A DNA stretch of 64,000 bases. Source: Candidatus Coproplasma stercorigallinarum (GTDB lineage: Bacteria; Bacillota; Clostridia; Christensenellales; Borkfalkiaceae). Both the position numbers and the translations under genes were made by a program. Below are positions 18,491-27,558 of the stretch, piece after piece. Under the pieces are notes generated by a model. The model did not search any database. It was not told where the DNA came from and saw nothing but the letters and a program-made list of their open reading frames with translations. Positions within the stretch are counted from its first letter, which is position 1. Each line of letters starts with the position of its first letter. Location: positions 856-64,855 of the forward strand of contig DVGQ01000019.1 in the NCBI GenBank assembly GCA_018712655.1, given 5' to 3'.

Positions 18491-20437
18491 ATGATGAGAA
18501 ACATTATAAACATTAACGGCGGCTGGAAGTTCATCAAGGCCGCGCCCGCGCCCGAACAGGCCGAGAGCGCCGAAGGCGTGCAGCTCGATTTGCCCTATAC
18601 CTGGAACGGAAAAGACGGACAGGACGGCGGCAACGATTATTACCGCGGCACCTGCACTTTCGTAAAACATTTTTCCGCACCCGCACTTGAAGAAGACGGC
18701 AGGCTGTACCTTGAATTCAAGGGAGTGAACTCCTCTGCGCGCGTAGTATTCAACGGCAAGGAAGTTGCCGCGCACGACGGCGGATATTCCACCTTCCGCT
18801 GCGACGTGACCGACCTTCTGAAAGAAGAGAACGTGCTTATTGTATACGCCGACAATTCAAAGAACGAGCGCGTATACCCGCAGACGGCCGACTTTACTTT
18901 TTACGGCGGAATATACCGCGACGTAAATCTTGTTCTGGTAAGCAAAAACCACTTCGATTTGGACTTTTACGGGGCGCCCGGAATTGCAATTACCCCCACA
19001 GTATGCGGCAACGAATGCAAAGTAAAGGTTGACGGATATGTGAGCGGCGAGGGCGAAGTGAAAGTTACAATATTTGACCGCGACGGCAATAAAGTTTCAG
19101 AAGGCGCTGGCGGCGAGGAAATAGCCATTGCAAACGCCCGCCTGTGGAACGGCACCGAAGACCCCTACCTCTATTCCGCGAAGGCAGACCTTGTTTGCGA
19201 CGGAAAGGTGTGCGACAGCATAACCAAAAAATTCGGCTTCCGCAGCTTTGCGATAGACCCGAAAAAGGGCTTTATATTAAACGGCAGAAGCTATCCCCTG
19301 CGCGGCGTGTGCAGGCACCAGGACAGACCCGGCGTGGGCAACGCGCTGACAAAGCAGATGCACGACGAGGATATGGCGCTGATTAAGGAGATAGGCGCCA
19401 ACACGCTGAGGCTTGCGCATTATCAGCACGACGACTATTTTTACGACCTGTGCGACGAAGCGGGCCTTGTGGTGTGGGCTGAAATACCATATATATCGCG
19501 ACATATGCCCGGGGCAAACGCAAACGCCGAAAGCCAGATGAAGGAGCTGATTTACCAGCAGTACAACCACCCCTGCATCGTAATGTGGGGCGTATCGAAC
19601 GAAATAACGATGTATCACAAGCATAAAAAGGATATGCTTGCATTCCACAAAAAGCTGAACGATTTGGTACACAGGCTTGACCCCACCCGCCTTACCACCC
19701 TTGCGTGCTTTGCGATGTGCGGGTTTGCAAACAGGTCTGCACACATAACCGACGTGGTGGCGTGGAACCTGTACCTCGGCTGGTACGTGCCCGGATTCTT
19801 CCTGAACGATTTGTGGATTTCGGTATTCCACGCGCTGTACCCCAAACGCGCGCTCGGCTATTCGGAATACGGCGCCGAGTGTATGCCCCACCTCCATTCA
19901 AAACACCCCAGGCGCGGCGACAACAGCGAGGAATACCAGGCGAACTACCACGAGTTTATGTTAAGATGCTTTGAAAGGCACCCCTATATGTGGGGCACGT
20001 ACGTGTGGAATATGTTCGACTTTGCCGCCGATGCAAGGAACCAGGGCGGCGAACCCGGAATGAACCACAAGGGACTTGTAACCTTTGACCGCAAGACCAG
20101 AAAAGACAGCTTTTACGTATACAAGGCATATTGGAGCAAGCAGCCGTTCGTTCACATTGCGGGCAAGCGCTTTGAAAACCGCACGGGCAGAAATACTACG
20201 ATAAAGGTATACACCAACTGCACGGGCGGCGTAAAGCTGACCTGCAACGGCAAGGAAATTGCGGGAAAGACGAAGGACGGACACGTTTATGCCTTTAAAG
20301 TGAGGCTTGAAGAGAAATGCGAAATAACCGCTTTGAGCGGAACCTGTTCCGACAGATGCACGATACGCAAAGTTTCTTCGCCCGACCCTGCTTATAAACT
20401 TCACGTTCATTCAGAAACTCAGAGCTGGCAGAAGTAA
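18491..20437 (+). CDS. uidA: GH2 beta-glucuronidase (GUS-type)
   Basis: GH2 sugar-binding, Ig-like and TIM-barrel layout. Acid/base region WGVSNEIT and nucleophile region YSEYGAE. The glucuronate-specific N-x-K motif is present (GMNHKGLVTFDRK; N525/K527 at nt 20063-20071). Sits next to uxuAB and a GPH transporter. Confidence 0.75.
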   Translation: MMRNIININGGWKFIKAAPAPEQAESAEGVQLDLPYTWNGKDGQDGGNDYYRGTCTFVKHFSAPALEEDGRLYLEFKGVNSSARVVFNGKEVAAHDGGYSTFRCDVTDLLKEENVLIVYADNSKNERVYPQTADFTFYGGIYRDVNLVLVSKNHFDLDFYGAPGIAITPTVCGNECKVKVDGYVSGEGEVKVTIFDRDGNKVSEGAGGEEIAIANARLWNGTEDPYLYSAKADLVCDGKVCDSITKKFGFRSFAIDPKKGFILNGRSYPLRGVCRHQDRPGVGNALTKQMHDEDMALIKEIGANTLRLAHYQHDDYFYDLCDEAGLVVWAEIPYISRHMPGANANAESQMKELIYQQYNHPCIVMWGVSNEITMYHKHKKDMLAFHKKLNDLVHRLDPTRLTTLACFAMCGFANRSAHITDVVAWNLYLGWYVPGFFLNDLWISVFHALYPKRALGYSEYGAECMPHLHSKHPRRGDNSEEYQANYHEFMLRCFERHPYMWGTYVWNMFDFAADARNQGGEPGMNHKGLVTFDRKTRKDSFYVYKAYWSKQPFVHIAGKRFENRTGRNTTIKVYTNCTGGVKLTCNGKEIAGKTKDGHVYAFKVRLEEKCEITALSGTCSDRCTIRKVSSPDPAYKLHVHSETQSWQK

Positions 20438-20503
20438 CTTGCCAAGCGGCAAGTTGTTTCCGCCGTCGCAACTGACAGACATTTCTATCCCCATATCATT
20501 TAA

Positions 20504-20549
20504 AGAATGTGCCGCGGGTTTTTTAAACCCGCGGCACATTCTTTTTTTG
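20504..20549 (+). terminator. Rho-independent terminator after the GH2 gene
   Basis: 19-bp stem AAGAATGTGCCGCGGGTTT / AAACCCGCGGCACATTCTT followed by TTTTT. Confidence 0.85.
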
Positions 20550-20570
20550 CGCGCCTTATAAAGCAGCAGG

Positions 20571-20593
20571 CGCGGGCTTTTAAAGCCCGCGCC
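20571..20593 (-). terminator. Possible terminator after traX-family gene
   Basis: Stem GCGCGGGC / GCCCGCGC with a 7-nt loop. The downstream U-tract on the minus strand is weak. Confidence 0.35.
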
Positions 20594-20626
20594 CGCAAAT
20601 AAACCCGTATGAACCTGCCGCTGCGC

Positions 20627-21424
20627 TCACGCAAATGCAAACGCGAGCGCGGGCGAAGCTATAAAATAAATGGCGTAAAGCACGGCGAGATGTGCGGGAT
20701 AGAAGGCATAAAACAGATATTTAAGCCTGAGCCTCCCCCTCTTTCCGCTGTACATAAGAAGGGGCACTATTGCAATGAGGCAGTAAGCCTGACTGCCGCC
20801 GAGCGCCGCCGTGAGCGCCACCAATCCCACAAAAAACAGCAAAAAGACAGTTGCGGGAGTGTAAAGTTCGGCAAGCAGTCCGCTCGCGCCGTACGATTTA
20901 AAATCCAAAAGCCGCACCGTGACGGGAAGAAGTGCGCCCGCAAGGCCGTACTCTATATGCACGGGCGAAAAACAGCAAAGGTATATGCTTGCGCCGAGCG
21001 AAAGCGCAAGGGCGGCCGACGACGCCGCAACCGCCTTCGGCCTGTGCGCAAACGCCGCGCCTTTCAGCATTGCAAGGCTGTATATTATAAGGCAGGACAG
21101 GCTGAAAGTTATAAGAATGTTGCCCTCTGCCCTTTCGTTTACGAGCGATATGCCCGCGCTTGTGACAAGGCCGAGCGCAAAGACGAGCGCGAAGTGCCTG
21201 ATTTTGTGCCGTGTGTAATGACAGCCTTCTGCAAACATAAAGGCAAATATGGGCATAGAAAGCCTGCCAACGGCACGCAGGGCGGACACCTCGGAAAATA
21301 AAATCATTCCGATATGGTCTGTGAGCATTAAAAGGCAAGCCAGAATTTTGAGCGCGTTGCCGCTTAAAAAACCGAAATAAAATTTTTCGCCGCCCTCAGG
21401 CGCACTGCCCACGCTACCTTCCAT
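20627..21424 (-). CDS. TraX-family integral membrane protein
   Basis: Polytopic membrane protein with the TraX-family N-terminal signature LSGNALKILACLLMLTDHIGMILF. The start is uncertain (11-nt overlap with the rfbB stop). Confidence 0.65.
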   Translation of the reverse strand: MEGSVGSAPEGGEKFYFGFLSGNALKILACLLMLTDHIGMILFSEVSALRAVGRLSMPIFAFMFAEGCHYTRHKIRHFALVFALGLVTSAGISLVNERAEGNILITFSLSCLIIYSLAMLKGAAFAHRPKAVAASSAALALSLGASIYLCCFSPVHIEYGLAGALLPVTVRLLDFKSYGASGLLAELYTPATVFLLFFVGLVALTAALGGSQAYCLIAIVPLLMYSGKRGRLRLKYLFYAFYPAHLAVLYAIYFIASPALAFAFA

Positions 21425-22433
21425 CGGACAGGCCTTCTTCGTATTTTTTGTATTCGCCGCTTAAAATTTCTTCCCACCAGCTTCGGTTATCGAGGTACCA
21501 GCGCACAGTTTGTTCCAGGCCGACGGAAAAGTCGGTTTCGGCCTTCCACCCAAGTTCGCTCTCCGTCTTCGAGCAATCTGTGGCATAGCGCCTGTCGTGC
21601 CCCTTTCTGTCCGCCACGAACTCAATGAGGCTTTCTGGCATATTCAACAGTCCGAGTATTCGTTTTACGACTTCCGTGTTGGGCAGTTCGCAGCGCCCGC
21701 CCACGTTATACACCTCCCCCGACCTGCCGCCGCGCAGAATTGCGTCTATCGCGCGGCAATGGTCCGAAACGTGCAGCCAGTCGCGCACGTTCTTTCCGTC
21801 GCCGTATACCGGCAGGCTTTTACCCGCGAGCGCGTGCGTTATCATAAGCGGTATCAGCTTTTCGGGAAACTGGTAAGAGCCGTAGTTGTTTGAACAGCGC
21901 GAAATTGTTGCAAAAATACCGTACGTGCGGCAATATGCCTGAACCAACAGGTCGGCAGAGGCCTTGCTGGCGGCATACGGACTGGAAGGGCGGAGCGGAG
22001 AATTTTCGGTAAAGCGCAGGTCGCCTCTTTCTATCGGCAGGTCGCCGTAGACTTCGTCGGTAGAAATCTGGTGAAACCGCCCGACGCCGTATCTGTTGCA
22101 CGCATCCAGAAGAACCTGCGTTCCTATTATATTGGTAACGAGGAAGGGGCGGGCGTTTACTATGCTCCTGTCTACGTGGCTCTCGGCGGCAAAATTTACC
22201 ACCGCGTCGAACCTTTCGTCACCGAACAGGCGATACACAAAATCACCGTCGGCTATATCGCCCCGCACGAACCTGAAACGCCCGTCTTTAAGGGCGCCGA
22301 AAAGCGTGCGGAGGTTGCCCGCGTAAGTAAGTTTATCGAGGCATACTATGCGGCAATCGGTGTATTTGCCGAGCATATGATATATGAAATTGCTGCCAAT
22401 GAACCCGGCACCGCCGGTAACAAGAATTTTCAT
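21414..22433 (-). CDS. rfbB: dTDP-glucose 4,6-dehydratase
   Basis: MKILVTGGAGFIGSNF NAD-binding motif, catalytic YAASKAS, and C-terminal VADRKGHDRRYATD typical of RmlB/RfbB. Confidence 0.9.
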   Translation of the reverse strand: MKILVTGGAGFIGSNFIYHMLGKYTDCRIVCLDKLTYAGNLRTLFGALKDGRFRFVRGDIADGDFVYRLFGDERFDAVVNFAAESHVDRSIVNARPFLVTNIIGTQVLLDACNRYGVGRFHQISTDEVYGDLPIERGDLRFTENSPLRPSSPYAASKASADLLVQAYCRTYGIFATISRCSNNYGSYQFPEKLIPLMITHALAGKSLPVYGDGKNVRDWLHVSDHCRAIDAILRGGRSGEVYNVGGRCELPNTEVVKRILGLLNMPESLIEFVADRKGHDRRYATDCSKTESELGWKAETDFSVGLEQTVRWYLDNRSWWEEILSGEYKKYEEGLSDGR

Positions 22434-22607
22434 TTATACTCCCGTGCGGGCCGATTTACGGGTGCCACGCACAACAAGAGTATATCACACGCCGCGCCAA
22501 ACTGCAAGAGCAAACGGGCATTTGCAGCCGTCCGATTCGTTCCGCCCGACAGAACGCGGCAAAATGCGGCATTTGGCTGTTTAATCCGTATGTCAGGGCA
22601 AAGAATA

Positions 22608-22631
22608 GGGGGCGGACAAAAGTCCGCCCCC
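22608..22631 (-). terminator. Terminator of the GH3-1 operon
   Basis: GGGGGCGGAC-aaaa-GTCCGCCCCC, a perfect 10-bp stem. The minus transcript continues TATTCTTTGCC. Confidence 0.65.
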
Positions 22632-22650
22632 TGAACGAAGCCTCATGTTT

Positions 22651-23073
22651 TTATTCGACTTCCGCGCTCTTTTTCTTCCTTCCGGTGAAAACCGCCGCAA
22701 CCACGCACAGAACCGCGCACGCCAGAAGACAAATCACCGTAAGTATGTAGGCAAAGCTGAACACGTTGCCGTCTATGCCCATAAATACGTTCACTATATA
22801 GCCGCCCTGCGTGTAGCACCACGCCGCAAACGCAAAGAAGTATACCGCAAAGGCGCCTATTTTTACAAGACTGTTGCGCACAAACACCGCCGCAACGTTT
22901 ATAACCAGCGCTATGATTAAGGGAACGTACACCATTGCAGAGACGAACGTTTCGGTCATCCCCGACTTATCTTCCGCGGATACGAGATAGCATATCAGGC
23001 CCACAATTCCCGCGGCAAAGGCGATTATATTCAAAAGGTCGCCTATTCCCCTGTCTTTAAGCAATTTATTCAT
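22651..23073 (-). CDS. Small polytopic membrane protein (about 4 TM), paralog of 32846..33298
   Basis: Hydrophobic helices throughout. Shares the segment YTQGGYIVNVFMGIDGNVFSF with GTQVNYIANVLVSIDGNSFTP of the paralog. ATG 23073 overlaps the GH3-1 stop by 8 nt. Confidence 0.6.
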   Translation of the reverse strand: MNKLLKDRGIGDLLNIIAFAAGIVGLICYLVSAEDKSGMTETFVSAMVYVPLIIALVINVAAVFVRNSLVKIGAFAVYFFAFAAWCYTQGGYIVNVFMGIDGNVFSFAYILTVICLLACAVLCVVAAVFTGRKKKSAEVE

Positions 23074-26000
23074 TATCGTCACCTCCCTTTCTGTACTTTT
23101 CGGGATGGCGTTTTTCATCGACGGTGCGAAGCACTACCCAGGCCACGCCTGCCGCCGCGATAACGCCGGCAATCACGTCAAACACGATAAGACCTATTCT
23201 CCAAGGCGACATATCGTAATAAGCGTACGAACCGGGCGCTATTCCGTTGTATGCCGAGCTGTTGACTATGGTGTAAGCTATATTCTTTATGGCGTTTCTT
23301 GCCGCCCACTGTGCGGTGGCGGTATCGAGGTCGTTGAGCGGCGTGGTGCGCATACCCATCCACAGGTCGTTGCCCACCTTGTAGCCGCAGTCCTTGCTCT
23401 TGTTGTCGCCGCTGGTGAAGTCGGTTATTACGAAGCCTTCGAAGCCCCATTCGTTACGGAGAAGGGTTGTGAGCAGTTCATAGCTTGCGCCGCTGAACTT
23501 AGGGCCTATGAAGGTCATCGAGGTCATATATGCGCCTGCCGCCTTCAACTCTACCGTCTTCTGTCCGCCCGTTTCGCCGTCGTAAACCTGAATGGTGCAT
23601 TCCGCTTCCTTGGTGGCAATTTCAAAGCCGCGCAGATACATTTCGCGCATAGACTGCTCGGTTGTATACACCTGAATGTTGCCGCGGGCGTGGTCCATTT
23701 CGTTGAGCGCAAAGTGTTTGATGTGCGCGAACAGGCCGTTCTGGCGTGCGCCCGATACCATTGCCGCGCCTATCTTGCCGGAAATTAAGGGGTCTTCCGA
23801 ATAATATTCGAAGTTGCGTCCGCCGAAGGGGCTGCGGTGAAGGTTTACGGCAGGGGCGTACCAGCCGTGTATGCCGTTGGTAAGGCCTTCCTGCCCGATG
23901 GCAAGACCCATTTCGTATACGAGGTCGGTGTTCCACGTAGCCGCCGTGAGGGGCGCCGAGGTCCACGCGCAGGCAACGACGTGGCCTACCGTGCCCGACC
24001 ACGTTGCCGTAAGTCCGAGAGGGCCGTCGTTATCGCCCGTCTGAACGAGGCCGATATCGTCGAGCGGCTGAGTCATATACAGACCGTAAGTTATCAGCGC
24101 GCTTATGGCTTCCTCATCGCTGAAATCTATCTGGTCGAGAAGCTCGTCCCACATAGGGTCGTCGTATGCAAGGCCGCGGAGCGAGCTGAGCGTAAGTCCG
24201 TTATCTGCGCCCGACGTAGGCTTTTCGGACTTGTAAAGGATTGCGTCGGGGTTGGCAACGCCCGATACGGGGTCGTTCTTGCTGTCGTATGCCGCGTTGG
24301 CTTCCACCACGTAATCGGGAGCCGTTTTGTCGAGTTCGGGAGCCTTGGGATATGTGCCCGCAAAATCGCTCCTCGACATAACGGTCATATATTCGTCGTC
24401 GATGTACTTATTTACGTCGTCAAACTGGTTGACTGCCTCTATACCGTCGGAAGAACGCTTTCCTACGGCTTCGGCACCGTTCTTAACGCCTTCGTCAACG
24501 TATGCCCTGGTGCCCTCTATTTCAAATTTTGCGCTGTCCCAGTCCTCGTGCGAGTTCTTGCCGAGGTGAAGGACGTATTCGCCCTCCTCTATTACGTAGC
24601 TGCCGCTCTCGGAATAGTAGCAGTTGTCGTCGTAAGAGGCAAACTCTTCGATGGGAACGGTGAAGGTAAAATCGTAAGTGCCGCCCGCGCCCACTTCGTA
24701 CTTGCCGAAATCGATAAGCACCTTAGAGGCCTTCTCTATGCCGCTGCCTTCCTCGTAGTAGGGAGCTTCCACATAGAGCTGAACGGTCTCTTTTACGCTG
24801 CGCGAAGATTCGTTTATTATGGTGCCCGAAACGCGGAGGGTGTTGCCGTAAAGGGCAACTTCGGTGAGTTCCTGGCTGATTTTATCGTTGTCGTAGTGCA
24901 GGCCGTAACCGAAGGGATAAACCACCTGCTCGTCATAGTCGAAGCCCGCATAATTGCCTGCCGCAGCTTCTGCCGCCGCCGTTTCGTAATAGCGGTAGCC
25001 CATATATATGCCCTCTTCGTACTCGTAATAGTTCTTCGATATCAGGTCGGAATTGCCGTAAGTGCCGTTCATCACGTTTACGTACGAAGGGTCTGCGGTG
25101 TGGTCTGCAACCCATACGTCAACCGTTCTGCCCGAGGGATTTATGTCGCCCACGAGCACTTCGCTCATAGCTTGAAGTCCCTTGGCGCCGGGGTTGCCTA
25201 TCCATACGATTGCATCTATGCCGCTGTCTTTTTCAAGCTCGCCCATCTCTACCACGTTCGAGAAGTTGCATATAACAACAACCTTGTCGCAGTTGGTCTT
25301 GGCGAACTGTATCATCTCTTTTTCGTGAGTGGTGAGCTGCAAGCTGTGCTGCGCAACGCCGTTCTGGTAGGGGAACGCCCACATATCGTTGCCTTCGAGG
25401 CCGAGCCTGCCTATGAACACTATGCCCACGGTACCCGCGCAGGAGCTTTCCGTGCCCGAGTATATCGAGGAATCGTATTCAAAGATAGACATATTGGTGG
25501 AACCCGAATTGCTCCACGTGGCCGTAGAGGGCGCGGCCGAAAGGTCGCCCTGCATCTCTATCGGCGTAGCCGCCTTCATCTTTTCAACAACGGTGGAGTT
25601 TACCGTGAAGTTGCGGGCAAGCGCCTCTTCCGCCGTCTCTACGTAGTCGAAATTCATATTCGTGGCGGCAGAGCCGGAACCGCCCCACACGGGTTCGATG
25701 TAGCGGTAGCCGAACGGGGTAACCTTGCTGTTTTTGGCGAGGGGCAGCACGCCGTCGTTCTTTAAAAGCGTTACGCCCTCTTCCGCAACTTTAAGCGCCG
25801 TTTCTGCGGCGTGGTTGCGCGACTGTTCCTCTATCGCCGTGGGAGGGTCCTCGTTTTGGAGTTTGCCCGCATCGGGATTGGGGAACATCACGTCGTAATA
25901 TTCGGTAGCTTCTTCCGATATGTTGTCCGCATCCACAACGTGGCGCTGTCCGCGGCCGAGAGCCATATCGAGCTGTGCCGAATAGGTGTTCGCGGCCATC

Positions 26001-26080
26001 GAGAGCACAATCATAAGGACGACTATTATCGCCACGATTGGCAGAACGATGACGCGAAACTTTTCATTGCTCATTTTCAT
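23066..26080 (-). CDS. GH3 glycoside hydrolase 1 (reversed domain order, N-terminal TM anchor and C-terminal TM tail)
   Basis: The order is alpha/beta-sandwich domain first (VTLLKNDGVLPL, GDINPSGRTVDVW, YMGYRYYE, FPFGYGLHY), then an Fn3-like domain, then the barrel domain last (GGRNFEYYSEDP, IKHFALNE, nucleophile motif GFVITDF). Hydrophobic segments lie at both termini (VLPIVAIIVVLMIVLSMAA; GLIVFDVIAGVIAAAGVAWVVL). Confidence 0.85.
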   Translation of the reverse strand: MKMSNEKFRVIVLPIVAIIVVLMIVLSMAANTYSAQLDMALGRGQRHVVDADNISEEATEYYDVMFPNPDAGKLQNEDPPTAIEEQSRNHAAETALKVAEEGVTLLKNDGVLPLAKNSKVTPFGYRYIEPVWGGSGSAATNMNFDYVETAEEALARNFTVNSTVVEKMKAATPIEMQGDLSAAPSTATWSNSGSTNMSIFEYDSSIYSGTESSCAGTVGIVFIGRLGLEGNDMWAFPYQNGVAQHSLQLTTHEKEMIQFAKTNCDKVVVICNFSNVVEMGELEKDSGIDAIVWIGNPGAKGLQAMSEVLVGDINPSGRTVDVWVADHTADPSYVNVMNGTYGNSDLISKNYYEYEEGIYMGYRYYETAAAEAAAGNYAGFDYDEQVVYPFGYGLHYDNDKISQELTEVALYGNTLRVSGTIINESSRSVKETVQLYVEAPYYEEGSGIEKASKVLIDFGKYEVGAGGTYDFTFTVPIEEFASYDDNCYYSESGSYVIEEGEYVLHLGKNSHEDWDSAKFEIEGTRAYVDEGVKNGAEAVGKRSSDGIEAVNQFDDVNKYIDDEYMTVMSRSDFAGTYPKAPELDKTAPDYVVEANAAYDSKNDPVSGVANPDAILYKSEKPTSGADNGLTLSSLRGLAYDDPMWDELLDQIDFSDEEAISALITYGLYMTQPLDDIGLVQTGDNDGPLGLTATWSGTVGHVVACAWTSAPLTAATWNTDLVYEMGLAIGQEGLTNGIHGWYAPAVNLHRSPFGGRNFEYYSEDPLISGKIGAAMVSGARQNGLFAHIKHFALNEMDHARGNIQVYTTEQSMREMYLRGFEIATKEAECTIQVYDGETGGQKTVELKAAGAYMTSMTFIGPKFSGASYELLTTLLRNEWGFEGFVITDFTSGDNKSKDCGYKVGNDLWMGMRTTPLNDLDTATAQWAARNAIKNIAYTIVNSSAYNGIAPGSYAYYDMSPWRIGLIVFDVIAGVIAAAGVAWVVLRTVDEKRHPEKYRKGGDDNE

Positions 26081-26132
26081 GTCTCATTTGCTCCTTATCT
26101 TGATTTTGCGCCTTTTGGGCGCCTGCAAGACA

Positions 26133-26199
26133 ACTATAAGACAGAAAAAAATTTTTTCAATACGTTCAACGCGAACTTAGATTTTAAAGCGTAAACTTA
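26133..26199 (-). promoter_or_regulatory. GH3-1 promoter with LytTR-type direct repeats
   Basis: Minus strand: TAAGTTTAC (26199-26191) -11 nt- TAAGTTCGC (26179-26171) -10 nt- TTGAAA (26160-26155) -16 nt- TATAGT (26138-26133). Each 9-mer matches 8/9 of the AgrA/LytTR consensus [TA][AC][CA]GTTN[AG][TG]. Confidence 0.55.
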
Positions 26200-27534
26200 T
26201 TGACGCGGATTGTTTTTGAGCGGAAATATGATGTTCAGGTAAAACATACCGCCTTCGGTGCGCACAGACATTCTTCCGCCGTATTTTTCGGCTATGTAGC
26301 GTATGCTTTTAAGCCCAAGACCGTGGTTTTCGGCGTCGGATTTGGTGGTGACGGGCAATCCGTTTTTGCCTGTTTTAATTTCGCCCGAATAGCGGTTGCG
26401 CACCTGCACGGTGAGAAAAGACTTGATTTTGCGCACGGTAAGGCCTATCGTCCTGGGTGCGTCCTGCACCTCGCTTACGGCGCGCGCGGCATTGTCTATG
26501 GCGTTGCCGAACATACTGTATATCTCACCTTCGGTGAGGAAGGAAAGGAGCGAGCCGTCTGCCATACACTCTATCTTTATGCCGTTTTTGCGGCAGGCGA
26601 GGCTCTTTTCGGTGAGTATGATGTCGAGCGGGCCGTTGCCCGTGTCCATTCCGCTGTCGTATACCGACACGGCATCGTATATTTCAGATATGGCGTCGTC
26701 GCTTATCAGCTTGGCCTTGCCTATGGTGCGTATCTGCTGTTTTAAATCGTGGCACTTGATGTTGACCATCTCAACAGATTTCTTGCTCACTTCGTACTGC
26801 TCTTCCGCGCAGGCGAGCATATGCGTCACAGAGTCGAGCTCGTGCTGCATATCAGATTTTTTGAGCATACTGAACATTACGTATATGATGAACAGACAGC
26901 ACGCACCGTTATACAGGTTCATTAAAAGTATCAGATAGTAATCGGTTGCGGCATATACGAACACCGCGTTTATCGCTATCGAAAGAACGAGCGCGCATAC
27001 GCAGACGGGCAGAAGGGAACGATTTTTAAGCCTGGGAGCCACTCCCCTCTTTATTCTCCGCACAAAGAACAGATAAAAGAGCCAGTAAGTGAGATAATAG
27101 ATTACAAACGAGATTATGTAGCCGAATACGTCGAGTATGTTGAAATATTCCTGAATTATGACTTCGTCGGTATATATGCCGTAGATATCGGAATTAAGGC
27201 CGCATATTATGAGAACGCAGTTTGAAAGGCAGTAGGCAAAATGCTGCATAACGTATGCGCAGGTCATACACATCAGAAGGCTGCCGAAAGGCACTTCGTA
27301 GCAGAAAAAGGCTGCAAGCAGCGTAACCACGAAGAATGCCAGAAATACCGCGCACAGCCCGAGGGCGTTTTCGGGCGTCCACATTATCAGCACAGAGAGC
27401 GCTATGCACGCCGCCGCCGAAGCGGTATACCGCAGCCAGAACAGACTGCGGCGGGGCAGCCTGCAACAGAACAGAAAGCCCGCCACAAGAAGCTGCACCA
27501 TAAACAGCGGTTTGTAAAAAGCAAAATATTCCAT
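26197..27534 (-). CDS. AgrC-like (HPK10-type) GHKL sensor histidine kinase, polytopic, no large extracellular domain
   Basis: About 6-7 N-terminal TM helices, H-box VNIKCHDLKQQIR, N-box MFGNAIDNAARAV, G-box ENHGLGLKSIRYIAEKYGG. Confidence 0.85.
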   Translation of the reverse strand: MEYFAFYKPLFMVQLLVAGFLFCCRLPRRSLFWLRYTASAAACIALSVLIMWTPENALGLCAVFLAFFVVTLLAAFFCYEVPFGSLLMCMTCAYVMQHFAYCLSNCVLIICGLNSDIYGIYTDEVIIQEYFNILDVFGYIISFVIYYLTYWLFYLFFVRRIKRGVAPRLKNRSLLPVCVCALVLSIAINAVFVYAATDYYLILLMNLYNGACCLFIIYVMFSMLKKSDMQHELDSVTHMLACAEEQYEVSKKSVEMVNIKCHDLKQQIRTIGKAKLISDDAISEIYDAVSVYDSGMDTGNGPLDIILTEKSLACRKNGIKIECMADGSLLSFLTEGEIYSMFGNAIDNAARAVSEVQDAPRTIGLTVRKIKSFLTVQVRNRYSGEIKTGKNGLPVTTKSDAENHGLGLKSIRYIAEKYGGRMSVRTEGGMFYLNIIFPLKNNPRQ

Positions 27535-27558
27535 AACACCCCGTTTCTGCCGCAGAAT

